NCBI GenBank assembly: GCA_964643875.1
Contig: CAZXVB010000069.1
Coordinates: 1-10,098, forward strand
Source of the DNA: an uncultured Anaerolineales bacterium
GTDB lineage: Bacteria; Chloroflexota; Anaerolineae; B4-G1
Length of the DNA stretch: 10,098 nt
Direction: 5' to 3'
Part shown: piece by piece, positions 7,008 to 10,098 of the stretch
Numbering within the stretch: the first letter of the stretch is position 1
Layout of the letters: every line of letters begins with the position of its first letter
Made by a program: the position numbers and the translations under genes
Notes under the pieces: model-generated
Database searches by the model: none
What the model was told of the DNA's origin: nothing
The model's input: the letters and a program-made list of their open reading frames with translations, nothing else

Positions 7008-7055
7008 TTCGCCTCGTACGTTACACGCAGGGCGATTTCTGTCACACTCCAGACC

Positions 7056-7087
7056 GGGGCGTCATTTTTCTGTCCCCATGACGTCCC
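7056..7087 (+). other. Hairpin GGGGCGTCAT / loop ttttctgtcccc / ATGACGTCCC, 49 nt downstream of the first NTPase stop
   Basis: 10-bp stem with one mismatch and a perfect CGTCAT...ATGACG core. No U-tract follows ('acacaggtc'). It could be a factor-dependent terminator or protein-binding palindrome, or it could be chance. Confidence 0.2.
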
Positions 7088-7097
7088 ACACAGGTCA

Positions 7098-7126
7098 TTG
7101 ATTCCCTGGCAAGATTAGGATATGAT
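7098..7126 (+). promoter_or_regulatory. Near-consensus sigma70-type promoter: -35 TTGATT (7098..7103), 17-nt spacer, -10 TATGAT (7121..7126)
   Basis: Read directly from the sequence: 'cattgattccctggcaagattaggatatgatgacac'. It lies in the 243-nt gap between the first and second NTPase genes, about 125 nt upstream of ATG 7251, which implies NTPase genes 2-4 can be transcribed independently of gene 1. Confidence 0.4.
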
Positions 7127-7137
7127 GACACTATCCT
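7117..7137. promoter_or_regulatory. Operator-like palindrome AGGATA-N9-TATCCT overlapping the -10 element
   Basis: AGGATA (7117..7122), tgatgacac, TATCCT (7132..7137) form a perfect 6-bp inverted repeat with a 9-bp spacer spanning the -10 hexamer and the predicted start. TAGGATAG occurs again at 7237..7244, in the Shine-Dalgarno region. Confidence 0.3.
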
Positions 7138-7155
7138 CGTATAGTCTGCGATGGG

Positions 7156-7215
7156 CAGACGCCAGGTGACCGTTGCCAGACGATGGGGCGGTGAGAGACG
7201 GTCGCCTGACGTCTG
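7156..7215 (+). promoter_or_regulatory. Long imperfect palindrome / leader stem-loop (17-bp arms, 26-nt loop) followed by a T-rich tract, upstream of the second NTPase start
   Basis: CAGACGCCAGGTGACCG (7156..7172) pairs with CGGTCGCCTGACGTCTG (7199..7215): 15 Watson-Crick pairs, 1 G-U and 1 C-A mismatch. It is followed by 'TTGGTTT'. It lies between the candidate promoter (7098..7126) and ATG 7251 and spans the alternative TTG (7173). It could be an attenuator, terminator or regulator binding site. Confidence 0.3.
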
Positions 7216-7250
7216 TTGGTTTACGAGAAGAGGTTCGTAGGATAGCAAAA

Positions 7251-8756
7251 ATGGAGCCAATCGGTCGAGTCATGCGGCACGGATTGCCGAATCAACGCTA
7301 TCTGGATTTCGTTGGACGGTATCTACTTCACCGACCACCGGGTACACCATCGGTGGATCCATTCCAGCCTCAGTTGTCGGTGGAACAAATCGAAGGAGCA
7401 TATGTGGACCGGACGGCTGTCGAAAAAGAAGCCTGTCGGTTGGATACGCAGATCGTAATGGGCCGGCAGGGAAGTGGAAAGACAACCCTGGCGATCCGCT
7501 TGTCCACGCTGCTTCGACAGGGCGTGTTGGTAGTACCGGTTCCTATCGAACTGGCCGAGGTCTACGCTCGACTCGACTCAATCTCCGAGGGTTCAACGCC
7601 GCTGTCCCCCGGCCCTTTGGCAACACTCATATTCGACGCCTACTGGGAAAATCTGTTGTACAATCCGGCGCATCGAGGTCGTTTTTTACCCCGATTGCGC
7701 CAGGATCGGTTGTGGATGGTACGGCTGCGTTGGTTTTATCACCACTTGCCTCCCCGGCATCTTGAAATCCCAGAAGAGTTCGAGTTGATGACATGGCTGA
7801 GAGCCAGTCCATCCAATGAAATCTATGGGGCAGCGATGCGACCGGAGGATATGTTGAGGGAACTGATTCGATTCGTGACCTCGGCAGACCTATCCTTGGC
7901 CTCAGCATGGACACAGGCGTATCGCGCTCGCGCTCCTTACGAACACATTCAAGTGCTTCTGGATGGCGTGGAACATTGCTCGGAGGCCGGGCTGGAGCGT
8001 TTGGGTCGGGATGTGACCTGGCTCCATCGTTTATCTCTGGAAACAGGGCGTATTTCATTCAAACTATTTGCCGGTGACTATTTGCGTGAGGCCTTCGAGA
8101 GGATACGCTGTGTTCAATCCGGGCAAGTAACTCTATACGCGCTTCCTCTATGGAGCGAAGATGACCTCCGACGGTTATTGTACCGCCGTCTGGCGATGTG
8201 GATGCCGGGGGAGAGTATCGCGCCGACGGATTTCTCGGATCGTCGGGAACGGATGACTGAACTTCGGAAGGCTCTGTCCCATTTCCTGGATGAAGAAGGG
8301 GTAAAAACCCTCTGTCGCGATCTGGGAATAGATTATCAAGATTTACCGGCTCAAGGGAAAACGAACAAACTTCGAGAACTGATCGCTCAAATGGAGCGAC
8401 GGGATCGCCTCTCCGAATTATTTGCGATTTCCAGTCGGATCTGCCCCCAATTGGAGTCCCGGTGGCCCATCCCTTCAGAAGGGAAAGAGGGTATGAAGTG
8501 GGAGTCCAATTGGGGAATGCGTATTCCCGACTGCTATTTGACGTCGTTGGCTCGGAAGCATCTGGTCAGAGAGATCGTCGCGGGCGCCCTGCGGGTCTAC
8601 AAGCAAGAGGATGCCTGGGATGCGCCCATACACTTGCTGAAGTTAGCCCGTGGTCTCCTGGCTGCTTCCGTGGGATGTTGGAAAGAACAAGGATTTTGCC
8701 CCCCGCTCAATATCGATCAAATAGCCGCTTTGATCGATTCGTACTGGGCCACATAA
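7251..8756 (+). CDS. P-loop NTPase (STAND-like), paralog of 5484..7007, with internal EAD-like helical adaptor segment (501 aa)
   Basis: ATG at 7251 with AGGAT 7 nt upstream. The ORF track begins at an in-frame TTG at 7173 with no Shine-Dalgarno. Walker A 'VMGRQGSGKTTLA' (about 7455..7493) is preceded by 'YVDRTAVEKE'. Both this protein and 5484..7007 share the N-terminal layout DPF-x13/15-[FY]VDR-x16/20-GRxGxGKT. A Walker-B-like 'IQVLLDGVEH' is present. The segment 'VKTLCRDLGIDYQDLPAQGKTNKLRELIAQMERRDRLSELF' (8265..8430) is read by memory as an effector-associated-domain-like helical module. Confidence 0.7.
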   Translation: MEPIGRVMRHGLPNQRYLDFVGRYLLHRPPGTPSVDPFQPQLSVEQIEGAYVDRTAVEKEACRLDTQIVMGRQGSGKTTLAIRLSTLLRQGVLVVPVPIELAEVYARLDSISEGSTPLSPGPLATLIFDAYWENLLYNPAHRGRFLPRLRQDRLWMVRLRWFYHHLPPRHLEIPEEFELMTWLRASPSNEIYGAAMRPEDMLRELIRFVTSADLSLASAWTQAYRARAPYEHIQVLLDGVEHCSEAGLERLGRDVTWLHRLSLETGRISFKLFAGDYLREAFERIRCVQSGQVTLYALPLWSEDDLRRLLYRRLAMWMPGESIAPTDFSDRRERMTELRKALSHFLDEEGVKTLCRDLGIDYQDLPAQGKTNKLRELIAQMERRDRLSELFAISSRICPQLESRWPIPSEGKEGMKWESNWGMRIPDCYLTSLARKHLVREIVAGALRVYKQEDAWDAPIHLLKLARGLLAASVGCWKEQGFCPPLNIDQIAALIDSYWAT

Positions 8757-8788
8757 GTTGATTTTCGAGGGGAAGAAAGGAGAGGAAT

Positions 8789-10006
8789 ATGGTCAGTTTC
8801 CAAGATCGCAAGGAGTCACTGAAACAGATATGTGATCCTGCCAATAGAGGTTTCCTGTTGAACATTTATGGGGAGGCCGGCATTGGTAAATCCCGCTTGA
8901 TGATGGAAGCCAGAGAGCGATTACGGAAAAATTCTCCGCCGACGTTGGTGTTCTACGTGGACCTGAAGCCTGTATCACAGCGAGCGCCAATGGAACGTCC
9001 CGCCGTGTTACTTCAAGAGCTGTTGAGTCGCGCGGAAGGCCGTCTGAGGGTGGAAGGGCAGGGAGTCGAGTATGATGCGGGGCAAATCATTGCTCAGTTG
9101 ACCGCACTGTCCAATCAAAATCCTGTGACGTTGATGTTCGATACCACGGAAACGTTGCAGGAGGATATGGAGTTCTGGAAGTGGTTGGAAACCAATCTAA
9201 TTGGGCCTCTGGTCGTCGAAGGGAGCGTACAATTGATATTTGCCGGCCGGATTCCCGTTCCCTGGCGGCGGGTGGAAGTGCGGCGGGCGGTCAAGCTGCT
9301 CCTTCTTCAGCCCCTTCACCCTCAAGAAGCAGCTCGCGAACTGGCCCGCGAGGTGTTACGCCAACACAATGCACACTGGAACGAAGCCGTGTTGGAACAA
9401 GCGATTTCTTTGGTATTAGAATTTTCGTTTGCACATCCATTATTGTCCGAAAAGTTGGCGGAATTCATTGCGCAAGAGTGGCAGCCACCGCCTGGCTACA
9501 ATACTGGTTCTGGCCGTTCCAATTCCGATAGCCTTGATTTCGGCAGTGAGTTCCGAGGAAAGTTGTGTAAAGAGGTGGTGGAGCCATTTGTCGAACAGCA
9601 CCTTTTGGAAACAGTAGAACCAACCTGGAAGAAGATCCTGTGGTGGGTCAGCGTGCTGGATTGGTTCGATGCTACAATTTTGCAACGTTATCTGCGGCTA
9701 GTGGCCCCGAACATGAGCACTGACAAGCCCGATTATTTTTTCGTGCAGGGTCTGACACGTTTGCGCATCCATCACACCGTTGTTTGGCGAGAGGAGAGGG
9801 GAGACCGAATGCATGGCGTGATTGGGGACATCATGCGACATTGCCTCCAGGTACAGAAGCCGGAGGTCTATCGTCAGGCATGTCTGAAAGCGGCCGAGAT
9901 GTTCGATGAGCTGGCCGGGGAGTTCGAGGATGACCCAGAGGCAGATCGGTATCGTCAACAGGCTGAGAAATACCGCCGACGTGCGGCACAGGAGGTAGAG
10001 GTATGA
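8789..10006 (+). CDS. STAND-type P-loop NTPase (405 aa)
   Basis: Strong Shine-Dalgarno GAAAGGAGAGG 6 nt before ATG 8789, 32 nt after the stop of the upstream gene. 'FQDRKESLKQI' is followed by 'FLLNIYGEAGIGKSRLMMEA' (Walker A, about 8870..8893), and Walker B 'VTLMFDTTE' lies about 85 aa later (about 9124..9150). The C-terminal 250 aa are helical with no recognisable effector or repeat sensor domain. Confidence 0.75.
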   Translation: MVSFQDRKESLKQICDPANRGFLLNIYGEAGIGKSRLMMEARERLRKNSPPTLVFYVDLKPVSQRAPMERPAVLLQELLSRAEGRLRVEGQGVEYDAGQIIAQLTALSNQNPVTLMFDTTETLQEDMEFWKWLETNLIGPLVVEGSVQLIFAGRIPVPWRRVEVRRAVKLLLLQPLHPQEAARELAREVLRQHNAHWNEAVLEQAISLVLEFSFAHPLLSEKLAEFIAQEWQPPPGYNTGSGRSNSDSLDFGSEFRGKLCKEVVEPFVEQHLLETVEPTWKKILWWVSVLDWFDATILQRYLRLVAPNMSTDKPDYFFVQGLTRLRIHHTVVWREERGDRMHGVIGDIMRHCLQVQKPEVYRQACLKAAEMFDELAGEFEDDPEADRYRQQAEKYRRRAAQEVEV

Positions 10007-10098
10007 GCGAGAGAGATTTGACTGAACGCACTCCCAAAATGGTTGGACGACAGGAAGAAACGGTCCGCTTGAGAAAGCACCTGTATGCCCGTGGCGAA
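10003..10098 (+). CDS. 5' fragment of a fourth P-loop/STAND-like gene, truncated by the window end (MSERDLTERTPKMVGRQEETVRLRKHLYARGE...)
   Basis: ATG 10003 overlaps the TGA of the upstream gene (ATGA), which suggests translational coupling. 'MVGRQEETVRLRKHL' is the classic 'hhGRExEl..L' element that precedes the Walker A in STAND NTPases. Only 32 codons are visible, so the call rests on the motif and the operon context. Confidence 0.45.
   Translation, partial: MSERDLTERTPKMVGRQEETVRLRKHLYARGE

Noticed and set aside
1-10098. Possibility of a mobile element, prophage or CRISPR context
   Set aside because: No transposase, integrase or phage structural signatures, no terminal inverted repeats, no spaced direct-repeat array and no tRNA were found anywhere in the window. 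The only repeats are the short palindromic elements described above.

Overview
GC-rich (about 58% GC by eye) bacterial chromosomal segment carrying two divergently transcribed gene blocks around a 460-bp intergenic region (5022..5483). I cannot assign a taxon from the sequence alone.

On the minus strand, four genes are tightly packed or translationally coupled. Two are paralogous membrane proteins with an SPFH/band-7-like core (3354..5015, 1791..3326). They are followed by a soluble protein with TPR-like helices and a small C-terminal beta-barrel (802..1794), then a polytopic membrane protein of the CTP-dependent polyprenol/phytol-kinase (CDS-like) superfamily (87..749).

On the plus strand, four P-loop NTPase genes follow each other: 5484..7007, 7251..8756, 8789..10006, and a gene starting at 10003 that the window truncates. 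All four carry the '[FY]xDR / VGRxxE' element some 20-30 residues ahead of a GxxGxGK[TS] Walker A, which is the usual N-terminal signature of STAND-class NTPases. The first is fused to a clear OmpR/PhoB-type winged-helix DNA-binding domain at its C-terminus. The second contains a short helical segment resembling the 'effector-associated' adaptor modules described in NTP-dependent conflict systems. The third and fourth overlap by ATGA.

No rRNA, tRNA, CRISPR array, transposase or integrase is visible. Non-coding signals are: a 13-bp stem-loop in the leader of the first NTPase gene, with one arm repeated at the window's left edge; a near-consensus sigma70-type promoter (TTGATT-17-TATGAT) with an overlapping AGGATA-N9-TATCCT palindrome ahead of the second NTPase gene; a 17-bp imperfect palindrome in that gene's leader; and a perfect TATAAT on the minus strand in the divergent region.

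The four-gene small-NTPase array, with its wHTH fusion and its position opposite a tandem SPFH membrane module, is the part most likely to be an undescribed NTP-dependent signalling or defence-like system. Every family assignment here is by eye from motifs and needs profile-based confirmation.
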